From Spirochaetales bacterium (GTDB lineage Bacteria > Spirochaetota > Spirochaetia > DSM-27196 > SKKC01), in contig SLIN01000075.1 of the NCBI GenBank assembly GCA_007135605.1, positions 1-60,909 on the forward strand: 60,909 nucleotides of DNA, in the 5' to 3' direction. Positions 51,569 to 59,704 of the stretch are shown one piece after another. Made by a program: the position numbers and the translations under genes. The stretch's first letter is position 1. Each line of letters begins with the position of its first letter. The notes beneath the pieces are model-generated. The model did no database searches, was not told where the DNA came from, and saw only the letters and a list, made by a program, of their open reading frames with translations.

Positions 51569-52612
51569 ATGATGCTAAAACGCTTTGCAGCTCTGCTGCT
51601 GGTTGGTTTGCTTTTTGTCGGGGCGGCATTCGCTAACGATATCGAACAGGAGACGGAGAGGATCGAGCAGGCGCTCGATGAGCTCGGGTCGGGAATCGTC
51701 GGCTCCCTGTCGCACTACAACACCCTGGGACTCGGCTGGTCGGACGCGTATATCGGGCAGCTTTTCAGCATGCCGCCGAGCTTCGGAGTCGGAGTCACGG
51801 TCGGGGCGGCGACAATTCCGCTGAACGTGCTCACCGGTCCGCTGGGAGACCTCGACATCGACAGCGATGAAATGCTCGCCGATCTTCCCGCAAGCGGGGT
51901 TATCGGTCGGGTCGGACTGCCGCTTCCCGCGTACACATTCGGCGCGCGCGTCGGCGGTTTCGGAATCCCCTTCGATGTCGGCTTCAAGCTGGGAACCGTT
52001 CCGAACCTCGCGATGCTCGAGGACGAGGGAGTTGAGCTCGATTTCCTGCTTGTCGGCGGCGACTTCCGCTACGCCGTCCTCGACGGCAGCGGAATTCTCC
52101 CGAAGCTTTCGGCGGGGATCGGATTTAATCACTCCCGCTTCGGTGTCGGTGTCACAATGGACGACATGGAGCTTGCCGAGGATGAAGTCGGCGGCGAAGA
52201 TGTTTCCTTGCTGCTCGCCGACCCCCGCTTCGACTTCGGCTGGCGGAGCAGTAGCGTCGAGCTGAAAGCGCAGGCGAGCAAACGTCTGCTCATCTTCCAG
52301 CCGTTCATCGGCGCCGGAGTCGCTTACAACTGGGCGTCGATGGGCGGAAGCTTCAGCGGGCAGCTGACCGTGGACGAAAAAGCGTTCGACGAGCTCGACG
52401 ACGACGACGCTGAGGAAGTCAAAGAGATGCTCGGGGAGTATTTCGACAACGGAGACGTGTTATTCGGCTTCGACGTTCCCGACAGCGGGTTCACCGCCCG
52501 CGCGTTCGGAGGACTCGGATTGCGCATATTTATCCTGAATCTCGATGTCGGCGCATCGATCGACACGCGCGGAAGTATGGCGCTCGAGCTCAACACGCGG
52601 ATCCAGTTCTAA
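51569..52612 (+). CDS. Secreted Gly-rich protein, probable outer-membrane beta-barrel (C-terminal ..LELNTRIQF).
   Basis: Signal peptide MMLKRFAALLLVGLLFVGAAFA. GGAGGAG SD. Alternating amphipathic strands and a terminal Phe. Divergent from the two-component-system operon. Confidence 0.55.
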   Translation: MMLKRFAALLLVGLLFVGAAFANDIEQETERIEQALDELGSGIVGSLSHYNTLGLGWSDAYIGQLFSMPPSFGVGVTVGAATIPLNVLTGPLGDLDIDSDEMLADLPASGVIGRVGLPLPAYTFGARVGGFGIPFDVGFKLGTVPNLAMLEDEGVELDFLLVGGDFRYAVLDGSGILPKLSAGIGFNHSRFGVGVTMDDMELAEDEVGGEDVSLLLADPRFDFGWRSSSVELKAQASKRLLIFQPFIGAGVAYNWASMGGSFSGQLTVDEKAFDELDDDDAEEVKEMLGEYFDNGDVLFGFDVPDSGFTARAFGGLGLRIFILNLDVGASIDTRGSMALELNTRIQF

Positions 52613-52620
52613 AGAGGGAT

Positions 52621-52710
52621 TACCTGCGCCCCTGCGCGGCCGGGGGTGTAGTCCGATGTCGAGGAAACTGGTTCAATCGACGCCTGCGCCCCTGGGCGGC
52701 CGGGGGTGTA
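52621..52710. repeat. Two copies, 60 nt apart, of a 30-nt GC-rich hairpin-forming element (cctgcgcccctgSgcggccgggggtgtag), directly downstream of the OMP gene. Possible terminator or REP-like repeats.
   Basis: Read directly. Each copy can form a roughly 8-bp stem (gcgcccc / ggggtgt(a)) with a 10-nt loop. The two copies are 28/30 identical. Confidence 0.4.
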
Positions 52711-52909
52711 GGCATCCACGCTTTTTCATTGACACAGACAAGCCCCCCCGATAGCCTGCCAATAGCACGTTGGGAGTCGGCGCGCATGCGGACAGGCCGA
52801 TCGCTGTTGACCCTGCGAGAAGGCCGCGCGGGCGACCAATCACCGTCGTGTGGCCGACCACGTGCGGTCGTGGGGACGACCGCCCATCGCGTGGCCGGAC
52901 ACCATTCCC

Positions 52910-52983
52910 GCCCCGGTAGCTCAGCTGGATAGAGCGGCTGCCTCCTAAGCAGCAGGTCACGCGTTCGAATCGCGTCCGGGGTA
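52910..52983 (+). tRNA. tRNA-Arg (anticodon CCT).
   Basis: Manual fold: acceptor GCCCCGG/CCGGGGT, D-arm GCTC-AGCTGGATA-GAGC, anticodon stem GCTGC/GCAGC with loop CTCCTAA (U33, CCT, A37), T-arm ACGCG-TTCGAAT-CGCGT. Confidence 0.85.
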
Positions 52984-52985
52984 CG

Positions 52986-53480
52986 TTACCGTATATCGAC
53001 GTGTGCGAAGACGCGGCTTTCGGTGTCGAAGACGCCGTAGCTCGGCTCGCCGAAGCGACCCATGACTTCGCCGGGGTTTGCCCACAGGCACGAGCCGACC
53101 GGCTCGACGTAGCGCTTGTGATCGTGACCGCTGAATACCGCGTCGTAGGCGCCGCTTTCGGCCAGCCGTTTCGCAATATCCGGATAGTGGTTGAGCGCGA
53201 TTTGCAGCCCATCAACCTCCAGCTCGGCCAGATAGCCGTGCAGTGTGACGTGGTCGTACTTCGATGCAATCCGGCTCAACAGAAAGGTATCGCCGTCGTT
53301 GTTGCCGAAGACGACGTCGATCGGGCCGGAAAAGCCGTCGGCTATCTGCGCGAGGGTGAACGGCGCACAGAAGTCGCCGAGGAAGAAAAGCCGCGAGCAG
53401 GAACGCTCGCCGATCCCGGTAAGCGCCCGTTCGAGATTCCATATATTATCGTGCGAGTCGCTGACAACAGCGATATTCAT
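52986..53480 (-). CDS. Metallophosphoesterase (YfcE/MJ0936-like phosphodiesterase).
   Basis: Motifs ..IAVVSDSHDN.., ..LGDF.., ..GNND.., ..GHDH.. Confidence 0.8.
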   Translation of the reverse strand: MNIAVVSDSHDNIWNLERALTGIGERSCSRLFFLGDFCAPFTLAQIADGFSGPIDVVFGNNDGDTFLLSRIASKYDHVTLHGYLAELEVDGLQIALNHYPDIAKRLAESGAYDAVFSGHDHKRYVEPVGSCLWANPGEVMGRFGEPSYGVFDTESRVFAHVDIR

Positions 53481-53683
53481 ACCATGATATTGACTTGCCG
53501 GCCGACCGCCGGATCCTGTCCGACCTGCTGCTGGAGCTGGGCCGCATCTCCCATCAACCTCTGGATCCCCTCGGCCTGCTGCTCAGAGGTTTCCAGGCCC
53601 ATGCGCATTGCGTGCATGCCGACCTGCTGTTGAAGCTGAGCATGATGCATAGCGGTAGATGCGTGTGCGATCCCGTTTGTCAT
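53477..53683 (-). CDS. YjfB-like 'putative motility protein' (small Gln-rich protein).
   Basis: Start taken at MTNGIAHASTAMHHAQLQQQVGMHAMRMGLETSEQQ.. with GGAGG SD. The pattern matches the YjfB family. 4-nt overlap with the downstream phosphoesterase gene. Confidence 0.55.
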   Translation of the reverse strand: MTNGIAHASTAMHHAQLQQQVGMHAMRMGLETSEQQAEGIQRLMGDAAQLQQQVGQDPAVGRQVNIMV

Positions 53684-53812
53684 ACGCGGAAACCCTCCTC
53701 GTACTTCACAGTGTAGTAACTCGCAATGCACTTTTCAAACGGCCGGCGCAATTGACCTCGCCGAACCGGTTTGCCGGATCGTTCCGGTCGCCGGGCGCCG
53801 CCTGTGCATCAC

Positions 53813-54976
53813 TTATACGAATCCGCGCGTGCGGTACCACGCGAGCGTTTCGGGCACCCCCTCGGCGATCCCGACCCGTGGTCTATACCCGAGCTCCGTG
53901 ACCGCCAGATCGCTCGAACAGGCGGCACACGCGTCGAGCATCTCGGCTGCCTTCTCGCGGTGGAACGGGGGGAAGATGCCCAACGCGGACGCAATATCTT
54001 CGACAATCGCCCCGGCGGCGCGGAACGCCCGCCGAGGCACCGGCAGCGTCAGGACCGGTCGCCGCAACTGCGCGGCAACCGCGGAACGAACCTCGCGCGC
54101 GAAGTCGAGCCACCCGACTGTCTCCGGCGGACCGAGGAAGTATGTTCTGCCACCGGCATCGGGATGCTCGGCGGCGAGCATAGTGCCGGCGACGACATCA
54201 CGCACGTGGACGAGGCTCAGCCGGCGACGCCGGTCGATCGGCACCGGGCATACCCCCCGAGAGGCTGCCCGGAAATAGGTGTAGATGTCGCGCTCGCGCG
54301 GACCGTAGACCGCCGGGGGTCGAACGACGGTAATCGGCAGGCGCCCGTGCAGCGATTGCGGGTCGGACGGAGTCCCGAGCGCCCGCTCGAGCTCGGCTTT
54401 GCTGCGCCCGTAGGCGCTTACCGGCTGCATTGCAGCGCGCTCGTCGGCAACGCCCTCCACGGCGCTCCCCACGACCGCGAGGCTGCCGGCCACCACAGCA
54501 CGTTCGAGGCGGGTCGAGGCCCGGGCGGCGCATTCGAGCAGGCCGACGGGGGCGAGCACATTTGCAGTAACGAACTCACTCCAGCTCTTCGCCCGCGTGA
54601 GCGCTGCGAAGTGGAAGATGTGTGTGACGTCGGCGAGTGCGCGTTGAAGGTCATCGAGATGGGGTGGCGCGCCGGCCGTCGAACGGCGAGTCGCGGCGCC
54701 ATCGGCGGATCGGCTGTCGATCGCACCTACGCTTCCGTCGTTGGGAGCCGCGGTACCCGCCGCCCTTGCCTCCCCGCCCGCGAACACCGGAGCCCGGGCG
54801 AACCGCGCGAAATCGTCGAGGGTACCGGTCACCCGAACCACCGGCTTGCCCCGCAGCCACTTCGGGTCGCGACGGACGAGACATCGAACCTCATCCCACC
54901 CGTCGGCGAGCAACCGATCGACGATGTGGCTTCCGATAAAGCCGGTACCACCGGTAACAAACGCGACTCTCGGCAC
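53813..54976 (-). CDS. NAD-dependent epimerase/dehydratase family (SDR) protein with a low-complexity insertion.
   Basis: Rossmann motif VAFVTGGTGFIGSHIVDRLL. Exact enzyme not assignable. Confidence 0.75.
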   Translation of the reverse strand: MPRVAFVTGGTGFIGSHIVDRLLADGWDEVRCLVRRDPKWLRGKPVVRVTGTLDDFARFARAPVFAGGEARAAGTAAPNDGSVGAIDSRSADGAATRRSTAGAPPHLDDLQRALADVTHIFHFAALTRAKSWSEFVTANVLAPVGLLECAARASTRLERAVVAGSLAVVGSAVEGVADERAAMQPVSAYGRSKAELERALGTPSDPQSLHGRLPITVVRPPAVYGPRERDIYTYFRAASRGVCPVPIDRRRRLSLVHVRDVVAGTMLAAEHPDAGGRTYFLGPPETVGWLDFAREVRSAVAAQLRRPVLTLPVPRRAFRAAGAIVEDIASALGIFPPFHREKAAEMLDACAACSSDLAVTELGYRPRVGIAEGVPETLAWYRTRGFV

Positions 54977-55008
54977 GCAGTCAGCCCCTCAACTCGTAAC
55001 CCATGCGG

Positions 55009-55809
55009 TCAGCCCTTCAACTCGTAAACGACAAGCGCACTGTCGACTGCAAAACCGAGCCGTTCGTACAGCCGCTGCGCCTCCAGCTCCGCCTGAAGGA
55101 GCGCCCGTGTGCAGCCGCGTTCGGCGGCACGAGCCATGAGATGGACCATCACCGCACCGGCATATCCTCTCCCGCGGGATGCATGGCGCGTCGCCAGCTG
55201 ATAGATCCCGGCGTACCGCTTACCGTCATCGAGTTCCGGTTCGAGGCGGAGCTTCGCGCACGTCACCGCCCGTTCACTCCGGTATCCGAGATACCACTCG
55301 CTGTCGGCACGCCGGCGCCACGCGTCGGGCAATGTCTCGAGGAATCCGGAAGTCGTGGTACGGTCATAGTCGTTCGCCTCGGTATAGATGCGCACCCACT
55401 CTTCCGCCTCCGCCGTCGAGCGCACCGGTCGCACGTCGAGCTCCTCCCGTGCAGCCGCACGAACTACACCGTCCCACATTGCCGGGCGACCTGCCCCGTG
55501 CAGCGATCCGCTCATGGCCGGGAAGTCCCCGCGATGCGCCAGCCCCGCTGCCTCCAGCGCCGCACGGAGAGTGTCACGGCGAGGCGGCTCCCACAGAAGC
55601 CAGCGGATCTCGGCGGGATTCCGCGCACCGCGGATATCGTCGAGCACCACCTCCACCGACGACCGATCCTCCCGGGCGGCCGGATCGCCGGTCGGATAAA
55701 CGCGAACCGGTAGATCGGGGTGAACCTGTACCCAGGTCCACGGCCGGACGGTGCGCACGACACCCAATGGGGCATGGCACTGCTCGAGAAAATGGTGATG
55801 TAAACTCAT
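55009..55809 (-). CDS. GNAT-family N-acetyltransferase (C-terminal GNAT fold).
   Basis: ..RGRGYAGAVMVHLMARAAERGCTRALLQAELEAQRLYERLGF.. Start taken at MSLHHHF (55809). Confidence 0.65.
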   Translation of the reverse strand: MSLHHHFLEQCHAPLGVVRTVRPWTWVQVHPDLPVRVYPTGDPAAREDRSSVEVVLDDIRGARNPAEIRWLLWEPPRRDTLRAALEAAGLAHRGDFPAMSGSLHGAGRPAMWDGVVRAAAREELDVRPVRSTAEAEEWVRIYTEANDYDRTTTSGFLETLPDAWRRRADSEWYLGYRSERAVTCAKLRLEPELDDGKRYAGIYQLATRHASRGRGYAGAVMVHLMARAAERGCTRALLQAELEAQRLYERLGFAVDSALVVYELKG

Positions 55810-55934
55810 CGCGGACGCACGGAGCGCCCCGGTAGTCGTTTGCTTTGCAGCAGATCGGTTCACGGTGCCCGACAGCGTACGGCGAAGCAGCGATTCGCCG
55901 CAAGGTTCAGTCGCCGCCCGGCGGCCGAAACGCC

Positions 55935-56492
55935 TCACACTTCGATATCGACGGTCCGCCCCCGCAGGTCGTCGTCAATCTCTTCGGATTCGTCTGTCGC
56001 TCCGCCGCGCGACGATCGGCCGGTGCGAGCACTGCCGAAGGCCTCGGCCCGCTCGCCGGCGCCCGCGCCCTCCCCTCCCGCACCGCCGCCGACAGCGGTC
56101 CCGCTCCGCTCCTCTACCATGCGGCTGAACGGCGAACCGTGCTCACCGGAGATCTCAACGCTCACCGGATAGTCGATGAGCGGCGGGCCGAGCCCGCTCG
56201 TGCGCGTCTGCTCGGTCGACATATTATAGCGTGGGAGTACCCGCTGCATGCGCACCGAAGAGATCGGCGCGATACGATCGAGCCGCCCGACGCTGTTACT
56301 ATAGCCGGGATAGAAGTTCGTGATCGGATAGGTGTACCAGCGCCTGCGGCTTCGCCGGCGATTGTCCGAGGGTACACGAGAGTTCGGGGGGGGGCGGTTT
56401 TCCGCGCCCTCGCCCGAATCTCGAGTCGTTGTATCCGGCTCGGCATCGCTCCGCGGCTCGCGGAAGTCGACGCCCTCGTCATCGCCGGCCAT
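55935..56492 (-). CDS. Hypothetical protein (Arg/Gly/Asp-rich, probably partly disordered).
   Basis: Sampled third-codon-position GC is highest in this frame, compared with the overlapping +-strand ORF 55845..56528. No recognisable domain. Confidence 0.4.
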   Translation of the reverse strand: MAGDDEGVDFREPRSDAEPDTTTRDSGEGAENRPPPNSRVPSDNRRRSRRRWYTYPITNFYPGYSNSVGRLDRIAPISSVRMQRVLPRYNMSTEQTRTSGLGPPLIDYPVSVEISGEHGSPFSRMVEERSGTAVGGGAGGEGAGAGERAEAFGSARTGRSSRGGATDESEEIDDDLRGRTVDIEV

Positions 56493-56533
56493 ACGTATAG
56501 TATACTACCGAAGGTCGAACGGCGTTGACCGTA

Positions 56534-56660
56534 TATGTGGCCGGCATCGTCCGCCGGACGCGGACATACAGCGGCGCGGCTCGCCGCGATCGTTATTTGT
56601 GGCCGGCATCGGCCGGCGGGCGCGGACATACGGCGGCGCGGCTCGCCGCGATCGTTGACC
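56534..56660. repeat. Tandem duplication of a roughly 62-nt unit (..tgtggccggcatcgKccgScggRcgcggacatacRgcggcgcggctcgccgcgatcgtt..) in the divergent intergenic region.
   Basis: Read directly. The two consecutive copies are about 90% identical. Confidence 0.5.
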
Positions 56661-56698
56661 TTCGCGGCGACCACCTCCATAGTCTTTCGCGAGGTGCA

Positions 56699-57199
56699 AT
56701 GGGTGAATCCATCGATGTGGTGAAACTCGACGTTCATGGGGTCGAGAAAATCCGCTATACAGCCACACCACTCATGCTCGATTTCCGGTGGGGTTACGCG
56801 CTCGTAGAGGCTCACTTCGCCCTCGACCGCGCCGATGTCGAGCTTTTCGCCCTCGAGCACGGCGACCGCATGATCGAGCACTTCTGGAGCTCGCGGCACT
56901 TCAATGTTTTCGAGATCTACGCTCCGGACGGATCGCTTCGCGGTTTCTACTGCAACATCACCCGCCCGGCAACAATCGACTCGGTGAGTATAGCCGCCGA
57001 CGATCTGGCCCTCGATCTCGTCGTGGATACAGCCGGCAACACGGTGCGGCTCGACGTCGGCGAGTTCCGGTCACTATCTATCGGTGATGATGAGCGCCGC
57101 CGCGCGATCGCCGCAATCGAGGAGCTCGAGCTCATGGCGCGCCTCAGAATCGGGCCGTTCTTTCGACTCAAACGCGCGTATCGGGAGGCGAAGAGGTGA
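56699..57199 (+). CDS. DUF402 (FomD-like nucleoside di/triphosphatase) family protein.
   Basis: ..RGFYCNITRP.. and overall DUF402 pattern. GAGGTG SD, ATG 56699. ATGA/GTGA-type overlap with the next gene. Confidence 0.6.
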   Translation: MGESIDVVKLDVHGVEKIRYTATPLMLDFRWGYALVEAHFALDRADVELFALEHGDRMIEHFWSSRHFNVFEIYAPDGSLRGFYCNITRPATIDSVSIAADDLALDLVVDTAGNTVRLDVGEFRSLSIGDDERRRAIAAIEELELMARLRIGPFFRLKRAYREAKR

Positions 57200-58419
57200 C
57201 CGCGAATCGACCGGGCGGCCGCGCGTACCCGTCCGCAGCATACCGTTGTGCGCCTCGGACGGCGCCCGCCGTGCTTCTGCTCCTGCTGCTCGCGGCCACG
57301 GCAACCGCCCGCGAACCGCTTCCGAGCGATACCCGCGACGGACTGATCCTGATACCGGACGCAGGCGCGGTTTTCGAGCCGAGCGCACTCGAGGCCACAC
57401 CGCCGGAAGCACTCGACTACGTCCGCTACGACGGCTTTCCCGCGTTGCTGCCGGACGAGCCCCACGCAGGCCAGGAGGTCGCCGACGATCCGAGGGCAAC
57501 CGACGAGGCGCTCGACGCGGCTGGATTCGGCGAATACCTTCTCCTCTACGCCTCCGATCACGGCGATTCGGAGCCTGCGTACGAGCCGGATCTCGTACGA
57601 CTCGGACTCATCACGCGGAACGAAGAGATCCCGTTCGCGCTCATAGAAAGCGATTCCGATCGCTACGACGCTACCCTCTGGAGCGCATCTCTCTCCTACG
57701 GCAATCTCTTTGTGCGAATCGACGACTCACGATTTGTCGTAGACCTCGGTGCGCTCTACGAGCTGAACCTCCGGCTCGAAGGCGACGAGCAGCCGTACGC
57801 GAGCCGACTGCCGGCGCTCCCGGCGGCGCCGGTCGCCGCGCGATTCACGTGGGTTAAGCAGCTCTCCGAGCATCTGATCGAGATCGAGGCACGACTCATC
57901 ATCTCCCTGAATAATCCGAATATGGAGCCGGTTACCGCGCGCGTGTTTCTGCGTCCCGGCTCGGACTCACTCGAACTCGTGGCCTATCTGATTGAGGAGC
58001 TCGCGTATCCGGACGGGCTGGAGTATCGCGCATGGCACACCTTCGAGGGACGCAGCCCGGCAAGGATCCGCGAAGAGGTTCTGCGCAGTACGCCGGCGGG
58101 CGGAGACCGCAGGCACTTCCGGATTGCTGTCGGCGAATACGCGCTGCATCGGGGCCGCTTCGTGAGATCGAGCGCGACGCGAACGATTTGGGAGGATGTT
58201 TTCCCGACGCGGCTGGTGGTTGCCGAGGAGCAGGTCGGCGTGTACGACATGCCGGGCGGCGCCCGGGTCGGTGAGTTACCGCTCGGCCGTCGAGTGCAGG
58301 CGGTTGAGCCATGGGGGCGCATCGACTCGCGTGACGGAACGGACGGTGTGTGGTACCGGGTTCGATTCGGAGGCGGAGCCGGCTGGGTCTGGGGCCCGTA
58401 TCTGGCCGAACCGGAGTGA
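57196..58419 (+). CDS. Secreted hypothetical protein with a C-terminal SH3b-like domain.
   Basis: GTG start with GGGAGG SD. Hydrophobic signal AVLLLLLLAATATA. C-terminal ..VGVYDMPGGARVGELPLGRRVQAVEPWGRIDSRDGTDGVWYRVRF.. Confidence 0.5.
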   Translation: MTANRPGGRAYPSAAYRCAPRTAPAVLLLLLLAATATAREPLPSDTRDGLILIPDAGAVFEPSALEATPPEALDYVRYDGFPALLPDEPHAGQEVADDPRATDEALDAAGFGEYLLLYASDHGDSEPAYEPDLVRLGLITRNEEIPFALIESDSDRYDATLWSASLSYGNLFVRIDDSRFVVDLGALYELNLRLEGDEQPYASRLPALPAAPVAARFTWVKQLSEHLIEIEARLIISLNNPNMEPVTARVFLRPGSDSLELVAYLIEELAYPDGLEYRAWHTFEGRSPARIREEVLRSTPAGGDRRHFRIAVGEYALHRGRFVRSSATRTIWEDVFPTRLVVAEEQVGVYDMPGGARVGELPLGRRVQAVEPWGRIDSRDGTDGVWYRVRFGGGAGWVWGPYLAEPE

Positions 58420-58479
58420 AGCTGCGACCGCTTTCGGGATCGCCCCTTCCTTCCCGGTCCGAGGCTTTGTATCTTTAGG

Positions 58480-59343
58480 TTGCTTATGAATCATATCAAG
58501 ACGCTGTTTCTCATGACCCTCCTGACGGTGCTCCTTGTACTGGCCGGCGGTGCGATCGCCGGTGAGGCGGGATTGATTTTCGCGCTGGTGTTTGCGGTAC
58601 TGCTGAACGTCTTCACGTGGTGGAACTCCGACCGCATCGCCATCCGCATGACCCGCTCGCAGCCGCTTCCGCGCAGCCGTGCGCCGAGGCTCTATGAGAT
58701 GGTCGAACGGCTGTGCGCACGAGCGAAACTACCGATGCCGCGGCTTTACCTTACCCCGTCGCAGCAGCCGAACGCCTTCGCTACCGGCCGGAGTCCGCGG
58801 CATTCGGCGGTCGCGGTGACCGAAGGCCTGCTGAGACAGCTCGATGCCGAAGAGATAGAGGGCGTGATCGCGCACGAGCTCGCGCATATCCGTAACCGGG
58901 ATACGTTGATCAGCACGGTGGCCGCGGTCATGGCGGGCGCATTAACTGCCGTCGCCCGGATCGGGACCTACGGAATGCTGCTCGGCGGCGGGCGGGGGCG
59001 TGGCGGCAATCCCGTCACGATACTGCTTGCCATCATCCTCGCTCCGATCGCAGCCATGCTGATCCGAATGGCGGTCTCGCGCAGTCGGGAGTTCGCCGCC
59101 GATCGCAGTGCCGCGGCAATCGCCGGGTCACCGACCGGGTTGGTAAGCGCACTGCGCAAGCTCGACCGGACGGCACGCACCTCCCGAATGCAGGTCAGCG
59201 AGGCGGCAAGTCACATGTTCATCGTGAATCCGCTCTCCGGGGGCGGCATGAGCGCGCTCTTTTCGACCCACCCGCCGATGGAACGGCGAATCGAGCGGCT
59301 GCAGCGGCTGCAGGCGCCGGGGGCACGCCGGAAACTGCGGTAA
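58480..59343 (+). CDS. htpX: Zinc metalloprotease HtpX (M48).
   Basis: HEXXH ..AHELAHIRNRD.. 4-TM topology. Full-length HtpX similarity. Confidence 0.9.
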   Translation: MLMNHIKTLFLMTLLTVLLVLAGGAIAGEAGLIFALVFAVLLNVFTWWNSDRIAIRMTRSQPLPRSRAPRLYEMVERLCARAKLPMPRLYLTPSQQPNAFATGRSPRHSAVAVTEGLLRQLDAEEIEGVIAHELAHIRNRDTLISTVAAVMAGALTAVARIGTYGMLLGGGRGRGGNPVTILLAIILAPIAAMLIRMAVSRSREFAADRSAAAIAGSPTGLVSALRKLDRTARTSRMQVSEAASHMFIVNPLSGGGMSALFSTHPPMERRIERLQRLQAPGARRKLR

Positions 59344-59380
59344 TCGTCCGGCGCCCGCGGCCGGCAAACTCGGGGGACAT

Positions 59381-59424
59381 TTCTATCGAGTCTTGACAGG
59401 CGCTTCTATCGAGGCTTGACAGCC
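59381..59424. promoter_or_regulatory. Tandem direct repeat (period 24 nt) of TTCTATCGAGNCTTGACAG, each copy containing a TTGACA hexamer. Lies upstream of the SorC-family regulator gene.
   Basis: Read directly: ttctatcgagtcttgacagg cgc ttctatcgaggcttgacagc. Confidence 0.4.
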
Positions 59425-59704
59425 GCCCGCAAGGCGATTGCCATCATCGATTCACAATGATTTCCCGAATATACTTTACGCGCCCAGTGTGTTACCGATA
59501 AATTCACCCTGGATAGCGGGAGCGGACGGCGCCATGCGGAGGCAAGGACAAGCTTGTCACACTTCACGAAGTATGGCATGATGCGTTGACGTTTACGCTA
59601 CAGGAAGGGGACCGGTAAGAATTACAGCGTTGTCTGTAGCCGAAGCGCTCCTTCGTTGTTTTCTATACAGCGGATGCAATTATGCGCCGAGGAGATGTGG
59701 CACT

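Noticed and set aside
52729-52932. 67-aa plus-strand ORF upstream of the tRNA
   Set aside because: No RBS, no homology, and it runs into the tRNA gene. The region more likely holds the tRNA promoter (TTGACA at 52729..52734).
55845-56528. 227-aa plus-strand ORF overlapping the hypothetical gene 55935..56492
   Set aside because: Sampled codon-position GC favours the minus-strand frame. The plus-strand translation is Ala/Arg-rich shadow-like sequence.
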